In this document: positions 41,171 to 51,445 of the stretch, in pieces
How positions within the stretch are numbered: the first letter of the stretch is position 1
How the letters are laid out: every line of letters starts with the position of its first letter
Assembly (NCBI GenBank): GCA_963760965.1
Contig: CAVXEW010000007.1
Coordinates: forward strand, 446,483-510,482
Length of the DNA stretch: 64,000 nucleotides
Reading direction: 5' to 3'
Origin: an uncultured Alphaproteobacteria bacterium
GTDB taxonomy: Bacteria; Pseudomonadota; Alphaproteobacteria; Rhizobiales; Rhizobiaceae
Translations under genes and position numbers: made by a program
The notes under the pieces: model-generated
Told to the model about the DNA's origin: nothing
Seen by the model: only the letters and a program-made list of their open reading frames with translations
Database searches by the model: none

Positions 41171-42166
41171 ATGATGCGGCGCAGGAAGCTCGCCGTGCTC
41201 GCCGTGCTTATCGTCGTCGTGGCGATCGCATATACCGGCGCCTGGTTCTATGCCGCCGGCGCCATCAGGGACAGGGCGAACGCGTTCATCGCCGGGCTGA
41301 CCGGCGAAGGCATCAAGGCGGCGTGCGTCAACCTGGACGTCAGCGGCTACCCCGTCGCGATCGGACTGACCTGCGAACGGATCGACGCCAGCGACAGCCA
41401 TGGAGGAGGCCGGGTCGAAGCGGGTGCTTTCCGTTCCGTCGCCCAGTTCTCGCATCCGGGCCGCGTCGTCTCCGAGCTGGACGGACCGCTGCAGGCGAGG
41501 GCGCCGGACGGCTACACCGTCAAGGCCGACTGGAACATGCTTCGGTCGAGTGCCGTGCTCTGGTTCCAGGGACTGATGAGCGGACATCTGGAGGTGAAGA
41601 AACTGACGGCAACCGTGGACGGCCCGCTGATCCCGGGTCCGTTGGACCTGACGAGCCCCGAGATGGAGGCACGCACGCGCCGCGACGGCGCCGACGTCGA
41701 CGTCGATTTCACTGTTCACCGGCTGTCGCTCAAGGGAAGCCGGTCTCTTGCCGACCTGCCGGCTGCCGATGTATCCGGCACGGCGACCCTCTCCGGCATG
41801 GCTCCCCTTCTCAGCGGACGAAAGAACCTGTCGAACCCGCGGCATCTCCTGCGCGGAAGGTCGGGCACCCTGCACAACTTGACGGCAAAGCTTGCCGGCG
41901 GGGCTTCGTTCGTCGTCCAGGGCCCGTTCTCCTTCGACGATTCCGGGCGTCTTTCCGGCGACTTCAAGCTGCAGATCGAGGGCATCGAGGCCTGGCAACG
42001 GACCGTCGACAAGGCGATCCCCGATGCCCGGAACGCGATCGCGAATGCCGGCAAGATGCTGACCGCCATGGCCGGCGGCAAGGACACCGCCACGATCACG
42101 CTGACTGCCAGTCATGGCAGGCTATCGCTCGGCCTCATTCCGCTCGGAACCCTGCCGCCGGTCTGA
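41171..42166 (+). CDS. DUF2125 domain-containing protein
   Basis: N-terminal anchor MMRRRKLAVLAVLIVVVAIAYTGAWFYAAG and the overall pattern resemble the alphaproteobacterial DUF2125 family (from memory). Confidence 0.65.
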   Translation: MMRRRKLAVLAVLIVVVAIAYTGAWFYAAGAIRDRANAFIAGLTGEGIKAACVNLDVSGYPVAIGLTCERIDASDSHGGGRVEAGAFRSVAQFSHPGRVVSELDGPLQARAPDGYTVKADWNMLRSSAVLWFQGLMSGHLEVKKLTATVDGPLIPGPLDLTSPEMEARTRRDGADVDVDFTVHRLSLKGSRSLADLPAADVSGTATLSGMAPLLSGRKNLSNPRHLLRGRSGTLHNLTAKLAGGASFVVQGPFSFDDSGRLSGDFKLQIEGIEAWQRTVDKAIPDARNAIANAGKMLTAMAGGKDTATITLTASHGRLSLGLIPLGTLPPV

Positions 42167-42169
42167 GAT

Positions 42170-43633
42170 CTACTTGGCATCCGCCGGTTCGACCGCGACG
42201 AATTTCTTGTTCGGCGAACGGTAGTCCATCCTGAATATCCGCCTGCCGGGCAGCTTCACGGCGTCGGTCAGTTCGAGCCCGACGAGCGTCCCGTTCGGAT
42301 GCCGGTCGAGCCATGCCCGGGCGTCCTTCAGGTCGACCTCGTCCATGGGATGGGTAAGCCGTGCCAGGAAACCGATCTCGCCGTGATACTTGCCGATGAT
42401 GGCGAGCGGCCCCTGCCGCATCGAAAGGAACTGGCCGGCCTTCGATAGATCGTAGAGCGGAAAGACCGTAAATGCCGCAATGGCCTGGCCCACCAGGAAA
42501 ACCGCAAGCGTGATCGCCGTGCTGAGCCGGACGAGGCGAAAGCTGGCCGCCGTCAGCAGGAAAGCCGTCGCGACCACGATGACCGGCAGCAACGGCACGA
42601 TGTAGTGCGGCTGCTTCCCGGAAACGAGGCTGAAGAGCACGATGGCCGGGATCGTCGCGAGGACGAGGAAGCGGATCTGCGGGCGCGCGCGCCAGGTCTC
42701 GCGGAAGGATCCGAGCGGACGCCGCAACGCCGGCGCATGTGCCCTCCATGCATGGATCGAGAATATCCACGGCATGAGGAACACCGGCAGCAGCGGCAGG
42801 TAGAACCAGAACGGCCTCGAGTGGCCCGTCTCGATGTGACCGGTCACCCTCCCGGCCGCCTGCTTCCAGATCAATGCGTCGAGGAAGCCGAAACCGGTCT
42901 GGCCAAGGAGTGGCAGAAGCCACAACAGAACCGGGACGAACGACACCAGCAGCGCCCAGCCGCAAGCTTTCCAGAAGGTCTTCGGAGACAGCTGATGACG
43001 TTCACTCCGCCAGATGGGATAGGAAAGCGCGACCGGCACCAGGAACAGGAGCACCACCGGGCCTTTCGTGAGCACGGCCAATCCGGTCGAAAGCCCCGCC
43101 ACGGCGACTGTACCGCCCCTCGGACGGCGCGCATGCACCAGCAGCGCGAGCAGCGCCAGTGCCGTGAAGAAGGTCAGCAGCAGGTCGAACATCACCAGCC
43201 CGCAATAGACGACGAAGACGACGTTGCCGACCATCAGCCAGCATACCGGGTCGATGATCCGGCGTTCGCCGGGAAAGAGCTCGCTGGCGAGTGCCCGCGT
43301 CACGAGGACGACGCTCGCGGAGGCCAGGAAGACGGCGCCGAGGGCCGAATAGCGGGAAACACCGAAGATCGCCCAGGAAATGTCGATCAGCCAGAACAGC
43401 ATCGGCGGCTTCTGGTGATAGGCGGCGAAATTCAGCGTCGGAAGGACAAAATCATGGCGCACCCACATCTCCCACGCCACGGTGAGGTAGCGGGTTTCGT
43501 CCGGAGGGATCACCGGGCGGATGAAGGCCGACAGATAGATGAAGATGCCCATGAGCGCGATCGGCGCCCACACGGCAGCGACCGTCCCCCATGGTTGCTG
43601 ACCATCCTGCATGGATGTCGCGTTTTCACTCAT
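42170..43633 (-). CDS. glycosyltransferase family 39 (ArnT/PMT-like, polyprenyl-phosphate-sugar dependent)
   Basis: 487 aa, more than 10 TM. First periplasmic loop motif PPDETRYLTVAWEMW (DExRY). Confidence 0.8.
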   Translation of the reverse strand: MSENATSMQDGQQPWGTVAAVWAPIALMGIFIYLSAFIRPVIPPDETRYLTVAWEMWVRHDFVLPTLNFAAYHQKPPMLFWLIDISWAIFGVSRYSALGAVFLASASVVLVTRALASELFPGERRIIDPVCWLMVGNVVFVVYCGLVMFDLLLTFFTALALLALLVHARRPRGGTVAVAGLSTGLAVLTKGPVVLLFLVPVALSYPIWRSERHQLSPKTFWKACGWALLVSFVPVLLWLLPLLGQTGFGFLDALIWKQAAGRVTGHIETGHSRPFWFYLPLLPVFLMPWIFSIHAWRAHAPALRRPLGSFRETWRARPQIRFLVLATIPAIVLFSLVSGKQPHYIVPLLPVIVVATAFLLTAASFRLVRLSTAITLAVFLVGQAIAAFTVFPLYDLSKAGQFLSMRQGPLAIIGKYHGEIGFLARLTHPMDEVDLKDARAWLDRHPNGTLVGLELTDAVKLPGRRIFRMDYRSPNKKFVAVEPADAK

Positions 43634-43710
43634 CACTTTGCCTCTCGTCGGCGGCTGGAGCCCGGGCGACGACGGCGCCGGCACGAAATCGCCGCGCAGG
43701 CGTCACCCGT

Positions 43711-44637
43711 TCAGTGCTGCGATCCTCCGCCGTGGCGCCCGAAGTCCGGTGCGTCGACCTCCTGCCCGGCCTCGATGATCGAGCGACGGATGGCGCGGGT
43801 CCGGTTGAAGAGGTCGAAGAGCTTGTCGCCCTCGCCCCAGCGGATCGCCTTCTGCAGTGAAGCGAGATCCTCCGAGAACCGCGCCAGCATCTCTAGGATC
43901 GCGTCGCGATTGTGCAGGCATACGTCGCGCCACATCGTCGGATCAGACGCCGCAAGCCGGGTGAAGTCCCGGAAGCCGGAGGCCGAGTACTTGATGACTT
44001 CCGATTTCGTCACGGTCGCAACGTCGTCTGCCGTGCCGACGATGTTGTAGGCGATAATGTGCGGCAGGTGCGACACGATTGCCAGAACCTTGTCGTGATG
44101 CTCGGGTTCCATCGTGTCGACCGTCGAGCCGCATGCCTGCCAGAAGGCGGAAAGGCGCGCCAGGGGCGCCGGATCGGTCTCCGGAAGCGGCGTCAGGATG
44201 CACCAGCGGCTCTCGAAGAGCTCGGCGAAGCCAGCGTCCGGGCCGGACTGCTCCGTGCCAGCGATCGGATGACCGGGTATGAAGTGGACGTGGGCCGGCA
44301 GGTGCGGCGACATCTGCGCGATGACGGAGCTCTTCGTCGAACCGACATCGGTGACGATCGCGCCCTCCTTGAGATCGTGGGCGATGTCGCGCGCGACCTT
44401 CCCGGAAGCCCCGACTGGCACGGAAACGATGACGAGGTCTGCATCGCGAACGACCTCGGCATTCGAGGTCGAATAGCTGTCGCCGAGGTCGAGTTGATGG
44501 GCCCGCTCGAGTGTCTCCGAACTGGCCGAGGAGATCGAAACATGGCCCGCCAGTTCCTTCAGCCTGATGATGCGGGCGAGCGACGAGCCGATCAGGCCGA
44601 TGCCAACGAGAGCGATCTTGTCGAAATGCTTTGTCAT
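43711..44637 (-). CDS. tyrC: prephenate/arogenate dehydrogenase
   Basis: [24 protein letters not shown] fold and [10 protein letters not shown] motif. 4-nt ATGA overlap with hisC. Confidence 0.9.
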   Translation of the reverse strand: MTKHFDKIALVGIGLIGSSLARIIRLKELAGHVSISSASSETLERAHQLDLGDSYSTSNAEVVRDADLVIVSVPVGASGKVARDIAHDLKEGAIVTDVGSTKSSVIAQMSPHLPAHVHFIPGHPIAGTEQSGPDAGFAELFESRWCILTPLPETDPAPLARLSAFWQACGSTVDTMEPEHHDKVLAIVSHLPHIIAYNIVGTADDVATVTKSEVIKYSASGFRDFTRLAASDPTMWRDVCLHNRDAILEMLARFSEDLASLQKAIRWGEGDKLFDLFNRTRAIRRSIIEAGQEVDAPDFGRHGGGSQH

Positions 44638-45743
44638 CTGTCCTTGCCAAGAAATTCCTTCAGGGCGGCAATCACCCCGAGATTGGCCTCTTCGCTGCCG
44701 ATCGTCATGCGCAGCGCATTGGGAAAGCCGTATGCCTCCACGCGTCGGAGGATGAAGCCGCGCCGGGTGAGAAAATCGTCCGCGTCGCCAGCCCTGAGCC
44801 CGGCTTCTTCGGGGAAGTGGACGAGCACGAAGTTGGCGACGGAAGGCGTGACGGCCAGTCCGAGTGAAGCGAGTTCCTCCGTCACGCGCGCCAGCCATGT
44901 CTGGTTGTGCCGAGCCGCCGCCTCGGCATGGCCGCGGTCGCGCATCGCCGCGGCTCCCGCGGCGATCGCCATCGCGTTGACGTTGAACGGCCCGCGAATA
45001 CGCTCGACGGCGTCGACGACGTGGGTCGGCGCGTACATCCAGCCGATCCTGAGGCCCGCCAGGCCGTGTATCTTCGAGAAAGTCCGGGTCATGACGACGT
45101 TCTCGCTGCCCGAGACGATCTCCAGGCCGGCCTCGTAGTCGTTCCGCCGGACGTATTCGGCATAAGCCGCATCGAGCACGAGGAGCACGTGCTTCGGCAG
45201 TCCCGCCTGCAGGCGCCTGACCTCGTCGACCGGCAGATACGTACCCGTCGGATTGTTCGGGTTGGCAATGAAGACGATCTTCGTGCGTCCGGTCACCGCG
45301 GCGAGCACCGCATCGACATCGCTCGTCAGGTCGCGCTCGGGCACGGTGACCGGTTTCGCGCCCGCCGCCAGGATCTGGATCCTGTAAAGCAGGAAGCCGT
45401 GGGCGCTGACGATGCCCTCGTCGCCCGGCGCCAGGTAAGTCTCGCACAGCAGCGTCAGGAGGTCGTCCGAGCCGTTGCCGCACATAATGTTGGCCGGGTT
45501 CAGTCCATGGACCTCGGCGATCGCTGCCTTGAGATCGTGCGCCGTCCCGTCCGGATAGACCTCGAGCCGGCCCGACACGCTCGCCAGCGCCCTGGCGACG
45601 TCGGGGCTCGGGCCGAGCGGCGTCTCGTTCGACGACAGCTTGTAGACCTTCTCCACTCCCGGAGCGGCGTGCTTGCCGGGCACGTAGGCGGCGATCTCCA
45701 TGACGCCCGGCTTGGGGACGGGTCTGAAAGGTGCGGTGGCCAT
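44634..45743 (-). CDS. hisC: histidinol-phosphate aminotransferase
   Basis: 369 aa. NPNNPTG motif and the PLP-lysine motif [13 protein letters not shown]. Confidence 0.93.
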   Translation of the reverse strand: MATAPFRPVPKPGVMEIAAYVPGKHAAPGVEKVYKLSSNETPLGPSPDVARALASVSGRLEVYPDGTAHDLKAAIAEVHGLNPANIMCGNGSDDLLTLLCETYLAPGDEGIVSAHGFLLYRIQILAAGAKPVTVPERDLTSDVDAVLAAVTGRTKIVFIANPNNPTGTYLPVDEVRRLQAGLPKHVLLVLDAAYAEYVRRNDYEAGLEIVSGSENVVMTRTFSKIHGLAGLRIGWMYAPTHVVDAVERIRGPFNVNAMAIAAGAAAMRDRGHAEAAARHNQTWLARVTEELASLGLAVTPSVANFVLVHFPEEAGLRAGDADDFLTRRGFILRRVEAYGFPNALRMTIGSEEANLGVIAALKEFLGKDR

Positions 45744-45968
45744 CGGTATGCGCTTCCTGCCAGGAAAATCGAGGCGCGCGCCCTGGACGCGCGTGACCGG
45801 TGAATAGCGTTCCTGCCGGACGTTGTCGAGGCAAAGCCGCGGCCCGGCAGTCGCGAGACCCGCGCGAAGAAAGGATTGACACGAACTCCGCGCGAACCCT
45901 ACCTGTTCACGCCCGCCCGACAAGGGCCGTCGTGTTCTGGAGAAGGCTCCAGCGAGGTTCGACCAGCC

Positions 45969-47156
45969 GTGCCGCAGCAACCGCCCGAAACCGCAGCCGC
46001 AATCGCCGATCAGGCGCTCGGCGAGGCTCTCTCTCCGTCCAGCGAATGCGTCCGCTTCGGCCCCGACGCGCCGCTCCGGCTCGACGCCGGCATTGATCTG
46101 GCCCCCTTCCAGATCGCCTACCAGACCTACGGCGCGCTCGACGCCGACAGGTCCAACGCCGTCCTTGTCTGCCATGCCCTGACCGGCGACCAGCACTGCG
46201 CCAACGTGCACCCTGTCACTGGCAAGCCCGGCTGGTGGACCGGCATGATCGGTCCCGGCAAGCCGGTCGACACCGATCGCTACTTCGTCATCTGCTCGAA
46301 CGTTCTGGGCGGCTGCCTCGGATCGACCGGGCCCGCATCGCCGAGCCCGGCGACCGGAAAGCCCTATGCGATCGACCTGCCCGTCATCACCATCCGCGAC
46401 ATGGTGCGGGCGCAGGCACGCCTCGTCGACCATCTCGGCATCGAGAGCCTGTTCTGCGTGATCGGCGGATCGATGGGCGGGATGCAGGTGCTGCAATGGG
46501 CATCGAGCTACCCCGAGCGCGTCTTCAGCGCGGTGCCGCTCGCGACCGGCGCCCGGCACACGTCGCAGAACATTGCGTTCCACGAGGTCGGGCGGCAGGC
46601 GATCATGGCCGACCCGGAATGGCAGCAGGGGCGCTATCTCGAGCGCGGAACGAAGCCCTCGAAGGGCCTGGCGGTGGCGCGCATGACCGCCCACGTGACC
46701 TATCTCTCCGAGAGTGCCCTGCATCGCAAGTTCGGCCGCGCGCTGCAGGATCGCGAGGCGCCGACCTTCGGTTTCGATGCGGATTTCCAGATCGAGAGCT
46801 ATCTTCGCCATCAGGGCATGACGTTCGTCGACCGCTTCGACGCCAATTCCTATCTCTACATGACCCGGGCGATGGACTACTTCGACCTGGCGGCCGACCA
46901 TGGCGGCAAGCTCGCGGACGCCTTCCGAGGCACCCGCACGCGCTATTGCCTTGTCTCCTTTTCCAGCGACTGGCTTTTCCCGACGAGCGAGAACCGCGCC
47001 GTGGTCCACGCGCTCAACGCCACCGGCGCATCGGTGTCCTTCGTCGAGGTGGAGACCGACAAGGGCCACGACGCCTTCCTGCTCGACGAGCCGGAACTGC
47101 TGGAGACGATCGGCGGTTTCCTTGGATCGGCCGCACGGGCACGGGGAATCGCATGA
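45969..47156 (+). CDS. metX: homoserine O-acetyltransferase (start uncertain, GTG 45969 preferred)
   Basis: [28 protein letters not shown] and the nucleophile elbow GGSMGGMQ. 395 aa from the GTG. Confidence 0.92.
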   Translation: MPQQPPETAAAIADQALGEALSPSSECVRFGPDAPLRLDAGIDLAPFQIAYQTYGALDADRSNAVLVCHALTGDQHCANVHPVTGKPGWWTGMIGPGKPVDTDRYFVICSNVLGGCLGSTGPASPSPATGKPYAIDLPVITIRDMVRAQARLVDHLGIESLFCVIGGSMGGMQVLQWASSYPERVFSAVPLATGARHTSQNIAFHEVGRQAIMADPEWQQGRYLERGTKPSKGLAVARMTAHVTYLSESALHRKFGRALQDREAPTFGFDADFQIESYLRHQGMTFVDRFDANSYLYMTRAMDYFDLAADHGGKLADAFRGTRTRYCLVSFSSDWLFPTSENRAVVHALNATGASVSFVEVETDKGHDAFLLDEPELLETIGGFLGSAARARGIA

Positions 47157-47776
47157 GCGTCAATTCGGAAGCCCGCGTAGACTTCGAGGTGATCGCCGGC
47201 CTGGTCGAAGCCGAAGCCCGCATTCTCGACGTCGGCTGCGGCGACGGCGACCTCCTCGACCTTCTGGCAGGCCGAAAGAAGGTCGACGGACGCGGCATCG
47301 AGTTGTCGCAGCACGGGGTGAACCGGTGCGTCGCACGCGGTCTGTCCGTTATCCAGGGAGACGCCGACCACGACCTCGTACACTACCCCGACGGCAGCTT
47401 CGACTATGTTATCCTGTCCCAGACGATCCAGGCGACCCGCAACCCGAAGACTGTCCTCGGCGAGATGCTGCGCATCGGCCGCCACGCGATCGTCTCCTTT
47501 CCGAATTTCGGCCACTGGAAGGTGCGCGGTTCGCTGATGTTCAAGGGCCGGATGCCGGTCACCAGGCACCTGCCCTATTCCTGGTACGACACCCCCAACA
47601 TCCATTTCTGCACCGTGCGGGACTTCGTGGCCCTTTGCAACGAGGTGGGCGCCACGGTGGAGAAGGCGCAGGCCCTGAACCTCGATGGAGAAAGGATGGC
47701 GGTCTCCCTGCCCTGGTCGTTCTGGAACCTGTTCGGTCAGCAGGCGGTGTTTCTGCTCAAGGGCCGTCGCGCCTGA
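47153..47776 (+). CDS. metW: methionine biosynthesis protein MetW
   Basis: ATG overlaps the metX stop (ATGA). [15 protein letters not shown] motif and the MetW-typical tail [16 protein letters not shown]. Confidence 0.9.
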   Translation: MSVNSEARVDFEVIAGLVEAEARILDVGCGDGDLLDLLAGRKKVDGRGIELSQHGVNRCVARGLSVIQGDADHDLVHYPDGSFDYVILSQTIQATRNPKTVLGEMLRIGRHAIVSFPNFGHWKVRGSLMFKGRMPVTRHLPYSWYDTPNIHFCTVRDFVALCNEVGATVEKAQALNLDGERMAVSLPWSFWNLFGQQAVFLLKGRRA

Positions 47777-48503
47777 GCGTGTGGACGCCCTGCGGCGCCA
47801 GCACCGGCACGAAGACACGCCGGGATGCCCGGCGTGCCACCGGCAGGCCCTGGTAGAGCCGCTTCTGCGCCTCCACGATGAGGACCCCAGCAAAGAGCGG
47901 CCACAGCCTTCGCCCGACCCGCTCGCAACCATGGCAGACCTTGAGCAGGCTTCGCCGCTTTGACGGCGGAAAGAAGAGTGCCTCGCCCATGGCGCCGGGG
48001 GTGAAGTTCGTTTCACGAAGCAATGTCGTCAGCTGAGCCCGCGAATAGGGTCGCCCGGAGCCGAAGGGCGTGTGCTCGAACCGCGCCCAGACGCCGCGCC
48101 GGTTCGGCGCCACGATGATCAGTCGTCCGTTCGGCGCCATGATGCGCCAGGCTTCCTTCAGCATCTCCGCCGGGTTCTCCGCGAACTCGAGCGAGTGCAC
48201 CATCAGGATGCGGTCGACCGCCGCATCAGGCAGCGGCAGCTCTTCCTCGAAGACAAGGGCGGTCGCACAAGGCTCTGCCGGCGGCCACGACGCTGCCCCC
48301 TGCCGCGCCGGCATGAAGGCGAAGGTACGCTCGGTGTCCGTCCGGAAGCGGTCGAGATAAGGCGAGGCGTAGCCCAGTCCTAGAAGCCGCTCGTTCGGCA
48401 GTGCGACCCAGATCGACGCCAGCGCCATCGCGATTGCCTGCTCAGCCAGACGGCCGAGCGGCGTCGAATAGAACTGGCGCAGATCGACGATGTCCGTGTT
48501 CAT
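47757..48503 (-). CDS. class I SAM-dependent methyltransferase
   Basis: MNTDIVDLRQFYSTPLG...DRILMVHSLEFAENPAEMLKEAWRIMAPNGRLIIV. Divergent from gloB. Confidence 0.75.
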   Translation of the reverse strand: MNTDIVDLRQFYSTPLGRLAEQAIAMALASIWVALPNERLLGLGYASPYLDRFRTDTERTFAFMPARQGAASWPPAEPCATALVFEEELPLPDAAVDRILMVHSLEFAENPAEMLKEAWRIMAPNGRLIIVAPNRRGVWARFEHTPFGSGRPYSRAQLTTLLRETNFTPGAMGEALFFPPSKRRSLLKVCHGCERVGRRLWPLFAGVLIVEAQKRLYQGLPVARRASRRVFVPVLAPQGVHTLRRDGP

Positions 48504-48643
48504 GCGCGCGACCCTAGACGGAGTTTGCCCGGAAGGGAATCCTTGACTTCGCGGCATGGCCGACAAGAGTTCATGGCCGCTTGAATTCGCGCGCGGGCGC
48601 ACTCTAGTTACCAGATAGTTCAGGACGCGGAGAGGAGACCATC

Positions 48644-49414
48644 ATGTCGAAACTCGAGATTCACCAGTTCATGTGCCGCAGCGACAATTTCGGCGTGTTG
48701 CTGCATGATCCCGAATCCGGCCTCACGGCCTCGATCGACGCTCCCGAAGAAGCACCCATCAGGGCCGCCCTTGAGGAGAAGGGCTGGAAGCTCACCCACA
48801 TCCTGACGACGCACCACCACGGCGATCACGTCGAGGCCAACGAGGCGCTCAAGAAGGCGTTCGGCGTCGAGATCGTCGGCCCGAAGTCCGAGGCCGACCG
48901 CATCCCCGGCATCGATCGGACGGTGGTAGACGCCGACGTGCTGGATTTCGCCGGTCACCGCATCGAGGTCATCTCGACGCCGGGCCATACCCTGGGTCAC
49001 GTCAGCTACTACCTTCCCGACGACGCTCTCCTTTTCTGTGCCGACACGCTCTTCGCCCTTGGCTGCGGCCGGGTCTTCGAAGGCACGCCGCACCAGATGT
49101 GGAACTCCCTGAAGAAGCTGCGGGCGCTACCCGACCAGACGATCGTCTATTGCGGACACGAATACACGCTGGCCAACGCGCGCTTCGCAGTGACCGTCGA
49201 TCCGGACAACCTGTCGCTGACGGCGCGGGCCCGCGACGTCGAGGCCCTTCGGGAAGCCGGCCGTCCGACACTGCCCACCACGATCGGCGAGGAGAAGGTG
49301 ACGAACCCGTTCCTCAGGCCCGACGATCCCGCGATCCGCGCACACCTAGGCATGCAGGATGCAAGCGATGCGGAGGTTTTTGCGGAAATTCGTCGCCGCA
49401 AGGACCGCTTCTGA
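48644..49414 (+). CDS. gloB: hydroxyacylglutathione hydrolase (glyoxalase II)
   Basis: Metallo-beta-lactamase motif TTHHHGDHV, and the tail TNPFLR...[11 protein letters not shown]. Confidence 0.92.
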   Translation: MSKLEIHQFMCRSDNFGVLLHDPESGLTASIDAPEEAPIRAALEEKGWKLTHILTTHHHGDHVEANEALKKAFGVEIVGPKSEADRIPGIDRTVVDADVLDFAGHRIEVISTPGHTLGHVSYYLPDDALLFCADTLFALGCGRVFEGTPHQMWNSLKKLRALPDQTIVYCGHEYTLANARFAVTVDPDNLSLTARARDVEALREAGRPTLPTTIGEEKVTNPFLRPDDPAIRAHLGMQDASDAEVFAEIRRRKDRF

Positions 49415-49842
49415 TGACGACCGCAGCCACGATCGTCGCCGAACTGGGCCTTTCTCGTCATCCGGAGGGTGGATGGTACGCCGAGACCTTCCGTGATGCC
49501 GCCGGTGGAGACCGCGGGCATTCGACCGCCATCTACTACCTGCTCGAGGAAGGCGACCGGTCGCACTGGCATCGGGTACGCGATGCGGCCGAAATCTGGC
49601 ATTGGTATGCCGGGGCGGCGCTCGAACTCTGCATTTGCGAGGACGGCCGCGAGATCCTTCGGCACCGGCTCGGGTCATCGCTTGCCGATGGCGAACGCCC
49701 GCAGGCGGTCGTGCCGGCCAACGCATGGCAGTCGGCCGCCTCACTCGGTGCCTGGACGCTCGTCGGCTGCACGGTCGCGCCCGGTTTCGTCTTCGGTTCC
49801 TTCGAGATGGCTCCGCCCGGCTGGCGACCCGGGATCAGATGA
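49414..49842 (+). CDS. cupin domain protein (DUF985-like)
   Basis: LGLSRHPEGGWYAETFRD...IYYLL...SHWHRV...EIWHWYAG...TLVGCTVAPGFVF. Start overlaps the gloB stop. Confidence 0.75.
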   Translation: MTTAATIVAELGLSRHPEGGWYAETFRDAAGGDRGHSTAIYYLLEEGDRSHWHRVRDAAEIWHWYAGAALELCICEDGREILRHRLGSSLADGERPQAVVPANAWQSAASLGAWTLVGCTVAPGFVFGSFEMAPPGWRPGIR

Positions 49843-50500
49843 GCGCGAGCCCGGCAAGCACGATCAGCGCCTGGCCGAGATAGCGGGCGACGAAGGTCAG
49901 CCGGATCGTCGAAAGGGGCGTCTCCTTTGACCGCGACCTGAGAAACCTGTCGGCCGCCATGGCCGCGTCCGAAGCCGCCAGCAGGAGCGCGCCGAGCAGC
50001 ACCCAGGGAGGCCGCACGGCGGCCGCCAGCGCGCACATGGCCACGACCAGCAAGCCATGGATCAGGGCCGGCCATCGCAGTGGTCCGGCACGGGGCACGA
50101 CGAGGACAAGAAGCCACGAGGCGCCGGCGGCAACACCGACGGCGACCGCGCTTCGCCAGCCGGCGAGGAGTTGCGGCTGGCTGGCGAGCAGGAAGAGGGT
50201 GCCATAGACGACGCGCACCGCCAGCTGGACGCCGAGTGCTGCGAGATAGGCCGGAAGACGGTCCTGCACAAGCAGCATCTCGCCGACGGCAGCCAGAAGC
50301 AGCGCGCCTTCCAACAGGGGATGGCCGTTGCGCAGGACGACGAGCACGGCAAGCAGCGCGGTCGCCATCGCCGAAACGCCGGTCTTGCGGATCGACGCCG
50401 GCTGGCCCGCGGCCGCGACGGCCAGAAGCGCCGACGCCACGGAGAACACCAGCGTCGCGACGACGGGCGCCTGGATCCCGCCCGAGAGCAGCGCGCTCAT
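49835..50500 (-). CDS. YhhN family (lysoplasmalogenase-like) membrane protein
   Basis: 221 aa, about 7-8 TM, with AASDAAMAADRF near the C-terminus. ATGA overlap with the upstream EamA gene. Confidence 0.65.
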   Translation of the reverse strand: MSALLSGGIQAPVVATLVFSVASALLAVAAAGQPASIRKTGVSAMATALLAVLVVLRNGHPLLEGALLLAAVGEMLLVQDRLPAYLAALGVQLAVRVVYGTLFLLASQPQLLAGWRSAVAVGVAAGASWLLVLVVPRAGPLRWPALIHGLLVVAMCALAAAVRPPWVLLGALLLAASDAAMAADRFLRSRSKETPLSTIRLTFVARYLGQALIVLAGLALI

Positions 50501-51408
50501 TGGACCGTTCCGACGCGGCCAGCGGCCGGTCGCCCCCGCCCCGGACCGCGTCGGGCCAGCATGTCCTTCGCGGCAAGCGCGGCGCCCCCGGTAATCAGCA
50601 GGCATGCGATGGCGATGTGCCACGAGAGCTGGCCGAAGCCCGCCGCGATCAGGATGATGGTCGAAAGCAGCGGCGCGGCGTAGCTCGCCGCACCCAGCAC
50701 CTGGATGTCGCCGCGCTTGACACCATGGTCCCACGCATAGAATGCCGCCCCGACCGGCATGAGGCCGAGCCCCAGCACGGCGAGCCATTGCCCGCCGTCC
50801 TGCGGCCAGATCGTCGGCTCCAGCGCCAGGTGGCACGCCGCAGCCAGAACGGCGGTGGCGAGACAGAAGCCTGTGACCACGTCCGTCGGCACCGCGCCGA
50901 AACGGCGCGACACCAGCGAATAGCTCGACCATGTCAGAGCACAGAGGAACGCGGAAGCGTAGCCGAACACGTAGCGGCCCTCGAACGACACGCCGCCGCG
51001 GGCGACGATGAGCACGGTTCCCGCGAGCCCCATGAGCGCGCCGGCCACGTGGAACCAGCGCAATCGCTCTCCCGGCAGCATTGCGGAGCCGACGACGATG
51101 AACAGCGGCCACAGATAGGCGATCAGCCCGGCCTCCACCGGCGGCGCGTTCCTGAGCGCCGTGAAGTAGAGAAAGTGGTAGCCGAACAACCCCCCGATCC
51201 CGCACATCCAGACCGGCCACGGCTGGTGCAGGTGAGCCCGGCGCCTTGGATCGCGCAGCAGGGCGATCCCGCCGATGAGCGACCCGACTGCGAAGCACAT
51301 CGCCGCCAGCTGGAAAGGAGGAACTCGTCCCGAGGCCGCGGTGAACACCGCCAGCAATGCCCACATCAGGACGGCCGAAAAGCCGATCAGCGTCGCGCGC
51401 GCGTCCAC
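50497..51408 (-). CDS. DMT superfamily (EamA-like) transporter
   Basis: 303 aa, 10 TM, two EamA-type repeats (FSAVLMWALLAVFTA...; LCALTWSSYSLVSRR...). Confidence 0.85.
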   Translation of the reverse strand: MDARATLIGFSAVLMWALLAVFTAASGRVPPFQLAAMCFAVGSLIGGIALLRDPRRRAHLHQPWPVWMCGIGGLFGYHFLYFTALRNAPPVEAGLIAYLWPLFIVVGSAMLPGERLRWFHVAGALMGLAGTVLIVARGGVSFEGRYVFGYASAFLCALTWSSYSLVSRRFGAVPTDVVTGFCLATAVLAAACHLALEPTIWPQDGGQWLAVLGLGLMPVGAAFYAWDHGVKRGDIQVLGAASYAAPLLSTIILIAAGFGQLSWHIAIACLLITGGAALAAKDMLARRGPGRGRPAAGRVGTVQ

Positions 51409-51445
51409 CGCTGCCTCCCGATGTCGATTGCGCTCTGCTCGCTTC

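Noticed and set aside
45876-45968. TTG at 45876 as the metX start, as given by the ORF track.
   Set aside because: The TTG is part of a TTGACA hexamer that looks like a -35 element. The added 31 residues ([27 protein letters not shown]...) are low-complexity. The GTG at 45969 gives a typical 395-aa MetX. The start remains uncertain.
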